Positions 1 to 18,702 of a stretch of DNA of 64,000 bases are shown here, in pieces. This DNA is from the human T2T-CHM13v2.0 reference genome, Homo sapiens, in assembly GCF_009914755.1 (NCBI RefSeq), contig NC_060943.1. The stretch is one strand, 5' to 3'. Position 1 is the first letter of the stretch. Each line of letters opens with the position of its first letter. The position numbers and the translations under genes are program-made. Below the pieces are notes generated by a model, which saw nothing but the letters and a program-made list of their open reading frames with translations, had not been told where the DNA came from and ran no database searches.

Positions 1-430
1 TGTGCGCCTGTCCCCAGGACTTCAGTCTGCTGTACGAGGAGGCGCGCTACTATCAGCTCCAGCCCATGGTGCGCGAGCTGGAGCGCTGGCAGCAGGAGCA
101 GGAGCAGCGGCGCCGCAGCCGGGCCTGTGACTGCCTGGTGGTGCGCGTCACGCCCGACTTGGGCGAGCGGATCGCACTCAGCGGCGAGAAGGCCCTCATC
201 GAGGAGGTCTTCCCCGAGACCGGAGACGTCATGTGCAACTCCGTCAACGCCGGCTGGAACCAGGACCCCACGCACGTCATCCGCTTCCCGCTCAATGGCT
301 ACTGCCGGCTCAACTCGGTACAGGTGAGGGCTGCACGCTGCCCCCTCCCCGCCGCACCCCCGGCGTCCGCGGAGCCCTCCAGGGGCAGAGTGAGCTGGAG
401 GGAGGCGCGATCCCTGAAACGGTGAAGCCC
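1..430. promoter_or_regulatory. Intragenic CpG-rich segment over the KCTD15 exon and 5' intron
   Basis: Very high GC and dense CpG (gcgcgc, cgccgc, cggcgtccgcgg); not computed formally. Confidence 0.6.
18..323 (+). CDS. KCTD15: KCTD15 penultimate coding exon (end of BTB domain and start of C-terminal domain), 102 codons, phase 0/0
   Basis: Acceptor tccccAG at 16-17 and donor CAG|GTGAGG at 324. Translates [102 protein letters not shown], recognised as KCTD15 (KCTD1/15 family). Confidence 0.97.
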
Positions 431-1560
431 CCCGTGCCATCCTACAAAAAAGGCAACAATGTGTCGATGCATAATTTATGTCCCTCTCATAATTAAATGA
501 TGGCGCCTGGGGGATGGACTTAAAAAAATCGATCTGTACTTTTTTTTTTTTTTTCCAAAAGGATGTTCTATAAAAATGGCCCAGAGTATTTTCAACAAAG
601 CGTGCTTCATTTGACACCCAGAGTCTGACTTTGGATTCGAACTAAACCCAGGCAACAGGCGAGGCAGGACAGAGGCTGAGTGGAAAGGTGGTCTGGAGCC
701 CCTTCCCTCTCCCTGCTGACCTGGGAGTCGCAGGCACCCACCAGCTGCCAAGAGAATCCCTGGACCGGCTCTTCCTGGATGGGTCCAAGAATTGGACAGC
801 TCAGATGGAGTGAGGGCCTATTTTCCAACAGCTCTTCGCAGACCCAAGAGCTTGGCACATTTCCGGGTTAGGGTGGAATGGGCTTTGCAGGGAAGAGGGC
901 CCCCTGTGCACGCATTCCACAGCCTGTCGGTCAGAACTTGCTAGTTGCAGGAGACGGGTGTTACACGCAGTCATCAGACCTCACCCTCACAGAGGCACAA
1001 ACCCACATAGTTGTGGACGCCTGCAGAGACTCAAATATTGAGAGGACTTCTCCTTTTTCTCTCCCTCCAGAGCTCCCACGAGCTGATGCACCCCCAGGCT
1101 TCAAACCACCTGGAATGCACAGCTCAGGGAAGCTGGTGGATGCCTAGAGGCTGAAGGACAGGGAACTCTCCATTATTGGGGCAGGACTCAGGGAGGACAC
1201 TTGGGGCCATGTGTCTGGAGAGAGGGCATAGGTTACACCCTACAGAATAAAGAAGGGACCCAAAGCCTCTTTTTGCCTCCCGGAATCAAGGCCCTGAGGG
1301 CAGCAGGATGGTGGCCTGGGTGGGGTCGTCCAACTAGGTTTGCTAACCTGAGGGGTCACTGGGCCTGGCCACTTCTGTCCCTCTGGTGGTGGAACCCAGC
1401 ACGTGGTTCTGTAGGGACCTTTGTCAGTGAGCAAGACTGAGATCGTCACAGGAGAAGGTGCCCTTGCTGGCTGCCCCAGCAGGCACCCACCTCCCTGCCA
1501 GGCCAAGCCAGGTGTCCTCTTGCAGCTTGGCCTTGATGACCTCTGTTTCTTCCTGGGCAG
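324..1560 (+). other. KCTD15: KCTD15 last intron (major isoform)
   Basis: GT at 324-325; polypyrimidine tract ctctgtttcttcctgggcAG ending at 1560; joins two phase-0 exons in frame. Confidence 0.93.
562..573 (+). CDS. KCTD15: Alternative terminal coding segment of the short KCTD15 isoform (D-V-L-stop)
   Basis: Long T tract (~539-554) then ccaaaAG at 560-561, followed by GAT GTT CTA TAA in frame with the phase-0 upstream exon. Agrees with my recollection of a shorter KCTD15 isoform ending DVL. Confidence 0.72.
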   Translation, partial: DVL

Positions 1561-1719
1561 GTCCTGGAGCGGCTGTTCCAGAGGGGTTTCAGCGTGGCTG
1601 CGTCCTGTGGGGGCGGTGTGGACTCCTCCCAGTTCAGCGAGTATGTGCTTTGCCGGGAGGAGCGGCGGCCGCAGCCCACCCCCACTGCTGTTCGAATCAA
1701 GCAGGAACCCCTGGACTAG
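1561..1719 (+). CDS. KCTD15: KCTD15 last coding exon (52 aa + TAG)
   Basis: [52 protein letters not shown]; contains the KCTD-family [14 protein letters not shown] motif; stop TAG at 1717-1719. Confidence 0.97.
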   Translation, partial: VLERLFQRGFSVAASCGGGVDSSQFSEYVLCREERRPQPTPTAVRIKQEPLD

Positions 1720-2990
1720 GCCCTGCTTCAGTGCCCACCTGGGCCCCCCCAGGGACCTGGAAACAGTGCTGGGGAGTTCTGCCTGTGTATACTTGGCCGT
1801 GGGCATGAGACCGAGGGTGAGGCTGGAGGGTCCAAAGCTGGCCCAGCGAGCACCAGGGTCCCAGGTGTCATGGCAACAGAACGTGGGATGCTGGAGGCAT
1901 GCCTGCAGAAGGACTGTTGATGCGACCCAAAGATACAGCGGTGGGATCTCTGCTGCCAGCTCTCCCAGCCCCTCAGCTTCGCAGCCTGGCGCAGCATCCT
2001 CTGAGGCCCCGGGGCCTGTTGGGGCGGGGTTGGAAGAGCCGTCTGCAGCTACTTCAGAGGAGCTGTTTATCCCTCTCCACGCGGGGCAGACTCTGGCGGG
2101 TCTCCTAGCGTCCGAGAGATGGCTTATTTTCTACAGTATTTAAAATGGATGCAGCCCTAACTGCAAAAGTCAGAGAGGCTGACAAGGACCAATGCTTCTT
2201 TATCTGGTGCTCAGTTCTCAGTCAGACGTGCAGCATGGCTGCAGGGTGGACCAGCTGCCTGGCATTCAGGCCCAGATGCCTGCAGGGCTGGGGCTCTCGG
2301 GACAGATGCAGGGATGTGTGCTGCAGGGCTGCTGGGAGGAGAGTGGTGGGGGCCTGAGGGCTGAGTGATTCTGTAACCACCTGAGACCTTCACGTTTGCT
2401 GCCGTTGGGGGCTCAGGCTGCACTCCCCGGGTCACCTGACCTGCTGCCCAGGGGCTTCCAGTCCTGTCTGTGTGGACTGGCACCTGGGCTGCTGGAGAAG
2501 TCTCCTCCCGTTCGGACCAGCCTCAGGGCTGCACGTTACCTCAGGAATGGGCCCCACCATGAAGGGGCCCATCTGTCAGCAGCGTCTTCTAGGTCCCCAG
2601 CTCAGGGAGCCATCCCCAGCTCCAGTTTTCTCATGCGAATATGCACAGTTTTAATTCACGTTGTTACACTAGCCTGCCGATGAGACCCAGACACAGGCAG
2701 ACCTGGCGCTCTTGACCCCTGATTCCAGTGAGGACTGGCCCTGAGGAGTCCTTGCAGACCTGCTGCCTCCCCCACGACAGGCCCAAAGATGGACCCCCCC
2801 TGGCCTTGTGACAGCTCCCCAAGTGTTCTCCGGTGGAGAAACTGCAGAGGACTGGTGGGCGGGGCTCCCCAGCCATCACCATCCTGTGTACAATGGCTGT
2901 AGACTTGTATATGGCTCCTTTAATATTGTAAAGATGCTGATGTACAATTGTCGTGCATTTGTGTGAACACATTGCGTTCCCAGTCCATGC

Positions 2991-2996
2991 CATAAA
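2991..2996 (+). terminator. Candidate proximal non-canonical poly(A) signal CATAAA
   Basis: Variant hexamer preceded by five TGTA motifs within 2887-2944. Confidence 0.45.
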
Positions 2997-3954
2997 TGAT
3001 GCTCTCAAGCAAAAGACTGGAGGCTCTGTCCTGTGCAGAAGCAGCAGCCAGACTCCCGCATTCGATGTTGTGCAGGGAGGTTTGGGGGCGGAACGGATTC
3101 CTCCCTTGGATCCTTCAGTTCCCATCGAGGAATAACCCGCAGCAGTGGTGGAGGAAGGTCAGTGGCTGGGTCCTGAGCTTGGTGTTATTTATTGCATTTG
3201 GGTGCCTGTCCCCTCAGGGCAGCACAGATTCTGAATTCTGATTCACAGTCCCTAGCCAGATGGGAACTGGGAAAGAGACAGAAGGCGTCTGGGTGCTTTT
3301 GAACCCTGTCTCAAATGTTTGGGATTTTCTCTCTCACTATTCTTTGGTTGGGGATGATGTCCTCTTTAGACCCCCACGTAATGGTATGAGAAGGTGGCAG
3401 GCAGTGGCTCAGCCAGCCAGGGGGCACCAAGTCATGCAGCCAGCGTGAGACCTGCAGTTCACCTAAGCACAGAACGAGATCTCAGTATGCCTCCATGTAA
3501 ACAGATTCACATAGGCCTCCAATTTCAATGAGACCTTTTGCATTTTTTCTCAAAGCCCTTATGTTCTAACCCATGAGAACCATTTTACCTGCCCTCTAAG
3601 GGCCACCAGCTTCGACCTGCCTCAGGGGACAGCAGCACAGACCAGTGGCTCCCTGTCCAAGGCCGCAGAGCAGACGCCATCCCACTGTACAATCGAATTT
3701 GCTGGACAAACTTGATAGGTTTCTCTGCTTAGCAACGAGCCTATAGTTAGTTGGCACATCTGCGTTTTGGCATCTGAGGCTCCCATCTGAGTGGAGGAGA
3801 AAGTGTTGTGTTTATTAGCAGGAAGTCTTGTGAAAACAGCTCGCTGCTGTGTATGTTTATGGATTTTTCTGATATAACAGCCAGCATGGTTACCGAGTGG
3901 TAGAGATTCTCGAACATTCTCAAACTCTCTTTTTGGGTAAATGATTGTGCTAAA

Positions 3955-3973
3955 AATAAAATTTATTAATAAA
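3955..3973 (+). terminator. Two AATAAA poly(A) signals (3955-3960, 3968-3973)
   Basis: Canonical hexamers in AT-rich UTR sequence, with T-rich sequence downstream (~4010-4035). Confidence 0.6.
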
Positions 3974-4502
3974 GAAGGGGAAAAAGGAGTAACTCTACCT
4001 GACTAAATGTTACTCTAATTTATTTATTTCTTTACTAATTAAGTAAAACCAGGAAGTATGATTTTACATCAACCAGAGAATTTCTGAATTTATAGGGAAA
4101 CACTATGTCCCCATAATGATGCTATAATTCTAATATATCTAGTCCCCATAAACAGTAAGTACAAATTATCATTCCTTTAAAGCATTTTTACACTTCCTGG
4201 AATGAGTATATTATCAGCAATCTTTTGTCAAATGCCAGCCGTATAAATGTTACTTCTGCTCTTTGTAAACCTCAAAACTCATTATTCTTGATTATAAGCA
4301 ACTGGACAGAACCATGCCAAAGCTTCCCCGTTTCCCACCAAACCCCTGCCAGTGAGTGCAGAGAACTCGCAAAGCCACAGCAGGCGGTCTCAGCCACCGT
4401 CCCGCTCACAGGGGCCCAATGCCAGGTCACAACACTAAGAATATCTTTCAAAAAATGTGTCTTTTTTTTTTTTTTTAAAGCTACTGCTTGACTGTTCCTT
4501 AG

Positions 4503-4512
4503 AATAAATAAA
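4503..4512 (+). terminator. Distal overlapping AATAAA poly(A) signals
   Basis: AATAAATAAA followed ~30 nt later by GT-rich cttggtttgt. Confidence 0.7.
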
Positions 4513-4909
4513 GGATATTTTATAAATTACAGCTCTAGCCCTTGGTTTGTAATTCACGGAAGCAGCCACAATCAGGTACTCCAGCATTGGTCCTCGGGAA
4601 CCACCACTCCCCACACTTGGGACCTGGTGTGGCTACTGAGTAGGACCTTAACATCCCAAGTCCCAAATCCCAAAGCTTCCTGATTTGAGGACTGACCAGA
4701 GAGCAGCAGCGTTGTCTCTAGGCGCTCAGTGCACATGCTGTTGGCAGATCTGGCGGGGAAAATGGTGCAGGCATGGCCTCCCTTTACCTCTCCAGACCCC
4801 CAAGCCTGGACTCAAGTGTTCAGGCTGTGATGAGCATGTTGCACTACGTTGGTGTTGCATACATGTATATCTGTGGACCAAACCACTAACATTCAAAAGA
4901 AGGAAAGTG

Positions 4910-5538
<629 letters not shown>

Positions 5539-6323
5539 GGGAAGCACAGATGTGAGAAATGGGGAAACTATATCCATTGAGCCACTGACCAAGATAATAT
5601 TTAACTTGACTAAGCCTAGCAGAGCCTGCCCACTTCCCCTCCCTAGAGGCCAACCCATGTTCTCGAGGCAATGCTGTCTGCCAAGATGGCCCCATCCCAT
5701 CAAGCCCTGCCTTCCCTCCTGATTCTCCAGAGACAGGAAAATGGCTGCATTGGCCCTGGAAGATACTCAATTTCTCCTAAGTAGATGACAAGGTGGAAAA
5801 TACAAAAATGGGAAACTGCCAGGGGATATTCAGTTGGAGGCAGGAAATCTGCCTCAGTTCAAAACAATAGGGAGGTCTAGACAGAGCTAGAGGGACAACT
5901 GATGGCCAGAGAAGGCAGCCGCTGGCCTGGATGGAGTCTGACATCTGGGCTGATGTAGCTGTTGTAGGAAGTAGGATGTCACAGGTTGATGGCCATCTCA
6001 AGGGGGGTAGGCAATGTGTTTAGCCACAAGGCTCAAGTCAGCCAAGTAATATTGGTCTTGTCACATGTGTGATGAGAATGTGGGTGGCTCTCTTTGCTCA
6101 CCCCAACCCCGCCCAAAGGAGGAGTTTCCTTGTAGAGAGAGGGCTTGCCCTCACCTGGAGATCAGGGGCTGGCAGCTGTCTTATCTCTGATGGAAGATTT
6201 GATGTGGAGTTACCTGCACTGAAGAGTCTGGGTCACTGTATAGGGTAAAAGCCCACATCGTTAACTGCCACAAATTTTAAAATTTTCTACAAATGGATTT
6301 GCTTAGAATGAATGGTAAGAAAA

Positions 6324-6722
<399 letters not shown>

Positions 6723-7425
6723 TCAGTATCCAGAGAAACCTACAAAGGCATCACAAAGATAAAGCTCTAACGTCCAACATAAAGCCCGAGACAAAAGATG
6801 GTCTAGAGCACCTGCTTGGAGGAAGGTCTATCCAGGAACAACTGTATTTAGGTTAAACTGCTAAATTCACCAACTAGGGCAGAGAGGCACAGAAACATTC
6901 CCTCCAGAACCCCTTTCCATTAAGAGTTCACTCCTGTCACCACATTCTAGGCAGCCCCGATGTTCTCTGGAGGACCGGTGAGGTAAGGTAATGCTTTGTG
7001 GACTAACAGAAAGAAAAAAGTGTTGGTGACAGCTAAGGGCAGCTTCCTGCCAGCACCAAGACTAGCGCTGATGTTCTCTTAGAAGCACCAGAGTTTTCTA
7101 AGGTGACCCAAATGGAACACAACCCCAGGGAAGGTTGAAAGTCAGAAAAGAAGAGCGCGTCTCTGCTCTTTCTGGATCTCACAACCAGCGAGTTCTCGCA
7201 GCCATGGCCTCTGTAAGCCCAGGGACATTTCTCTGTGAGCTTTCATTGGAAGGGAAACCCCAGCCCCAGAGAAGCCTACCCCGCCACATCCCAGGCTAAT
7301 CCCTGGATCTGGTTCAGGAGCTCTCTTCCTGCAAGCCCCAAAGCTAGACAAGCAGAGCCCTGCCAGGCCCATGGTGACCTCTGCAGACCTAGGAACTGCA
7401 GGCAGAGTTGGGGGCTCGTTCCTGG

Positions 7426-7487
7426 GGAGGGGCCCACCCCTGAGGTTGTGCATCCAGGAGGGGCCCACCCCTGAGGTTGTGCATCCA
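7426..7487. repeat. Perfect 31-bp tandem duplication
   Basis: ggaggggcccacccctgaggttgtgcatcca x2 (7426-7456, 7457-7487). Confidence 0.95.
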
Positions 7488-7596
7488 GGCATGACTGACT
7501 GTTGGTAGCTGTTTACCCTCAGGGAAAGAGAACTTTCTGTGTTTTTATCTCCACCCCCAGTGGAAGGATATGTTGAGTAGAGTTTTTGCTTTTTGA

Positions 7597-8160
<564 letters not shown>

Positions 8161-8599
8161 TGAAGCTCTGTAAATTTAACAGGAAGAGAGACCACATTGC
8201 AGTTTTCCACTTCGTCATGACACTGAACATGGATTACCCCAAATGCATTGATTTGCATGTAGAGAGAACCACCTCTCAGGCCTCAAGACTAGCGTCTCCA
8301 TAGCAAAGGAAGCTTCTGTGAAATTCTAATGAGAGACCCAGAGAAAGAGGCAGGCACACTCCCGGGGACACACAAAGGAGAGGGGTTAGGGGTCAGCTGC
8401 ATTTGGGGTTTTGTCTTTATTTCCATTACACAGAACAGCCAGTCCCGACAGCGCCCAGGCCCCACAGGACAATGCTGTTCCTGGACCCGGAGCCATGGCC
8501 GTGGAATAAGAGCTAGGTCTTCAGGGCCTCCTCCTAGGATCCTTCTTAACACAGAAATCACAAACCAGGCCAAAGTCTTAAAAAGCAGAGCCTGGGAGG

Positions 8600-9430
8600 G
8601 GCAGGGACGCCCAAGCCACGCTGGGGCCCGGGAGGCCTCCCGTCCTGCCCGCGGGAGAACCCAGGCCGCGCATCCCTGGCTGGACGGCGTCACCAGCCGT
8701 AGCTGGGCCAGGCCTGCTGCTCAAAGCCCGTGTCTAGGATGTCACCAGAGCTCCCTTTTCTGTGTCCTGGACCCGGTTCAGGGCCCCCGAGGAAGCTGCG
8801 GTTTGGGGCGAGCCGATTGCACCAGCAGGGCCGGGCTGCTGCTCCCGGGGCTGACGCGGGCCACGCCCTCCTGGACGCGGACACACCCCCATTTCCCCGG
8901 GCCCACAGAGCCACGCCTGGCCCTGCAGCCAAACAGCGGGAAGGCAGATTGGTACGAGTAGGTACAAGGCCCTGGAATTCTCGCCCGGTTGCCACACACT
9001 GCACGGAGCATAATTGGGGGAGGTTGTGCAACTGCCCGGGAAGCCGGGGCTCGCAACGAGGGCTCTCTCCAAGTCCCCATCACAGGCCTCCGGGGAGCCT
9101 CGGGACAGAGCCTGACGCCACCTTCGGGTGACATCGATGGCCTCGCTCTGGCAGAGGAGTAGTGTGGCTCTGCCGAGAACTGGGGAGCCCGGGTCCCCGC
9201 AGGGCCAAGGGGAGGGAGGGCTGGCGGAAGGGGCCGCGCCCACAGCCCCAGGTGGCAGCAGCGGCGGTGGCGGTCCCGACTGGCAGAGCCTAACGAGAAC
9301 AGGGCCTATCCCCAGGGGCCCCGGGCTGGACGCAGACCAGATCTCGCGGGGGTGGGCTGGGAGGCGCCCGCCAGAGGCCGGAGGCTGACAGTGCCTTTCC
9401 TATCCTATGGGTCTATTGTGGGCCCGCGGA
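8600..9430. promoter_or_regulatory. Orphan CpG island ~4 kb downstream of KCTD15
   Basis: Non-repetitive, very GC-rich and CpG-dense; CTCF-like ccccaggtggcagc at ~9246-9259; TGAGTCA (AP-1) just downstream at 9463-9469. Confidence 0.7.
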
Positions 9431-10229
9431 GCCCCCATGGGTGGGTCCATCCCCGGGCCCAGTGAGTCACTTCCCCAGGCCCCGGAGGCCTTCGTGGAAG
9501 GTGCCTCCCTTTCCGGCAAAGCATCCTTTGTTCTCCTGCTGGCTTTGCTTCCCAATCCTCTCTGAGTTGCAACCTTGAGGGTTTTAGGGGCACCAAGCTC
9601 CCAGGAGCACAGAGGTGGGCTTGGGTGCCACCTGGAGAGCGGGCTGCAGAAGGCTGCAGCTGCTTTTTTGCTTCCTCAGTTCCCTGCCCTCTCAAGGCCC
9701 AGGCTCTCCCACCTCCCCAGACGTCTGGGGAAACCCACACTGCCCTGCATAGGTTGTGGTGTGCAGCCTCCGGACTGCAGATCCTGAACGCGCATCAGGA
9801 GGGAGGGAGGGAGGTTTCGATGCTCTCGCCCTGGCCAGCACCGCTCTGAGTTGCTGAACTGGCCTCAAGGCTTCTCTTGCATCAGGGAGAGGCTTCCGGC
9901 ACCACCACTGGCACTCCTCCTTCTCCCTCCCTTTAGCCTCCCCCAGTTCCCATGCCCAGGTGGAGGAACCCGTGTAGAAGCCCAGCCCAGGGAGGGAATT
10001 CATCAAAGCACCTTCCCACACAGCCTCTAGTTTGCCTCCTCTCCACTCCCACCTTCCAGCCCCAGCCTGGCTAGCCACGTGGGGGGCTCCTGTGCCAAGG
10101 AGTGCCCAGCTGCCGGGTGAGTGAGCAGCCCTGCACAGAAGGCAGCTGACTACCATACACACTACATGTGTGGAGAGCACCAGCCTTGCAGCCTGGCGAG
10201 GCTCTTGCTTTGAAGAAATAGAAGACTAA

Positions 10230-10606
<377 letters not shown>

Positions 10607-11028
10607 AGAAAACTAATTTCAAAACAAAAACAAAAGCACCCCTGTATGCACAGATTCTCAAATTGTATTTACTATTGGCAAAGAAAGGAAGGGGGCCCCT
10701 TAGTGTCCTAAAACCAGGAGAGATGAAATCGATTATGGAACATCAGTTGATGAAATACATTTATCCTTCCACAAATATCTACTGAGTGTCTACAATCAGC
10801 CTGGTTACTGGAGGCCAGGCTCTGAGTCGTGAGTGTCCCATGAATCACCAGCTCTCCAAACCCTGACATCTAACACCACCCACTTCCCACCCTCCCCAGG
10901 AAGAAACAATATTTAATAGTTTCATTTACACAGAAAAAGAAGGTGCAAGCTCTCTCCCTAAGGAAGAGCCAAAAAGCAGCCTCAACTGGCTCCAGAGCCT
11001 GTGCTCCTGGATTAAGAACAGAGATCAG

Positions 11029-11655
<627 letters not shown>

Positions 11656-11712
11656 TCTAGGTAGCAACTTTATCTACTCAAACAATTGTTATTGAACACA
11701 TGCCCTCTTTCA

Positions 11713-12125
<413 letters not shown>

Positions 12126-12414
12126 ACCCAATAACAAAAATAAGTAAAATGTGTCATAGGTTAAATAGTGCTAAAAATAAAGCAAGGAAGGGGAATAGGA
12201 GTGTGTGTGTTGCTATTTTGGACAGTATGCTGGACATCTCCCATTTACCCTGCCCCCTGCCCTGGGCCTGGAAGCTGACATTGTGAACAGTGTGAAGGGG
12301 CTCCCTTACCCTCTGGCTTCCTGTTGGGCATGGCTGATGGGAAGCATCTTCAGGAGACTGGAGGGCAGAAGGCAAGTCAGCCTCTCTCATCACTCATCTA
12401 AAGACCTCAGCCCT

Positions 12415-12858
<444 letters not shown>

Positions 12859-13113
12859 CTATACTACCCCTGAGAGGACTCATTACCCCTGATTTCTATA
12901 TACCCTGCCCTCACCTTTGTAAATACAGGTTGAGTATCCCTCATCTGGAAATGCTCGGGACCAGAAGTGTTTTGGATTTTGCTTTTTTTAAATTTTGGAA
13001 TATTTGTAAATTTATATGTAATGAGATTTCTTGGGGATAGGACCCAAGTCTAAACACAAAATTTATCTCTTTTATATACATCTTATACACACAGCTGGAA
13101 GGTAATCATATAG

Positions 13114-13532
<419 letters not shown>

Positions 13533-13883
13533 ATTCCTGACTCTGAATTTATATGCTATCAATAAGTAATCCATTTCTTGCACCTATTTACACATAAGTA
13601 CTTAACAGTAAAAAATTTGGTATACCATTCATAAAATGAAAAAAATAATGTATTTAGGGTACCTAAGCAGCATGGTAGCATCACAGGAATACCGCATCAG
13701 TGGTTAAACAGCAGAGACCAACAATGGCAAAGCTTTCAGTCTCTTACCTCCGATGCTGCGTTTTGATTCAAAGGTTACTATATTTGCATTCAGCAGGAAT
13801 GGGGTAAAGAAAAAAAGATGAAATATAAATTAATTTTACAAAAGTAAATTTTAAAAGGTTACTATACATTCTATTTTTAAATC

Positions 13884-14432
<549 letters not shown>

Positions 14433-14869
14433 GAGTAATGTCTTGGCCCCACGTGAGACATTGTGAGGAACCTGCCGTTGGTGCGTCCAGCCTGAACACG
14501 TGCTGTTTTATTACGCTTTGTGGGCGTGCTTATGTGGGGATCTGGGTGAGTGTGGAAAAGACATATTGCTGCTGATGGGAGCTGGGAAGTCTTTGATTCC
14601 TTGGAGACAGTGAATAAACTGTGTGTTGTGTGCTCATGTTTTAGCTCCAAACCATTACATGAAGTCAACTGTGGAATTTTCTACTTGTGACATCAGGGTG
14701 GCACCCAAAAAGTTTCAGATTTTGAAGCATTTTGGATTTCAGATTTTCAGTTTAGGGATGCTCAGCCAATAGTACTTTATTAATTGGCGAGTGCTGTCTG
14801 TTTTCACCAGGAAGGCCTCGCTGAGCCGCATGTAAAATTTAAATAAAGCCCCAAAGAAGGTAAGGCAGG

Positions 14870-15447
<578 letters not shown>

Positions 15448-15569
15448 TCAGAAACGCAAGAAGGAGGTTATGTGGCTGGAGTGTGAGGGGCTGGGGAGTT
15501 GCAGAAGGTGAGGTCGCAGGGGTGCCTGGGGTAGGAGGGAAGTCAGATCATGTAGGGTCTTTGAAAAAC

Positions 15570-16898
<1,329 letters not shown>

Positions 16899-16907
16899 CT
16901 GCCATGA

Positions 16908-18296
<1,389 letters not shown>

Positions 18297-18424
18297 TCAC
18301 AAATTTACCAAAAAAATTTGCAAGGACAGTACAAAACTGTTTTGTTTGGTTTTACCATGAACAAAAGTATTTATTTAGAATGAGAAAAGTCACAACATAA
18401 TACAAATTTAAAATACCACAAAAT

Positions 18425-18702
18425 GGCCAGGCATGGTGGCTCATGCCTGTAATCCCAGCACTTTGGGAGGCCAAGGCAGGAGGATTGTTGAGCCCAGGAG
18501 TTCAAGACCAGCCTGGGCAACGTAGCAAAATTTAGCTAGAAATGGTGGTGCATGCCTGTAGTCCCAGCTATTCTGGAGGCCAAGTAGGGAAGATCCCTTG
18601 AGCCCAGAAGGTCAAGGCTGCAGTGAATTGTTGATCATGCCACTGCACTCTAGCCTAGGTGACACAGCAGGACTCTAGCTCTAAAAAATAAAATAATAAA
18701 AT
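18425..18702 (+). mobile_element. AluJ-like with deleted central linker
   Basis: Alu consensus. Confidence 0.88.

Larger units (their letters stand above)
1720..4530 (+). other. KCTD15: KCTD15 3'UTR (longest form; exact end inferred)
   Basis: Repeat-free sequence from the stop codon to tandem AATAAA signals at 4503-4512; interspersed repeats begin at ~4910. Confidence 0.72.

Noticed and set aside
66-425. 119-aa ORF as a standalone gene
   Set aside because: It is the KCTD15 exon read through the splice donor at 324; the tail after SVQ is intronic.
2664-3125. 153-aa antisense ORF in the 3'UTR (and 1240-1806, 188 aa)
   Set aside because: No recognisable domain and no supporting gene structure; antisense to a GC-rich UTR/exon, where such ORFs arise by chance.
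8289-9388. Overlapping 110-210-aa ORFs on both strands
   Set aside because: Pro/Gly/Arg/Ala-rich products of stop-poor CpG-island DNA; no family similarity.
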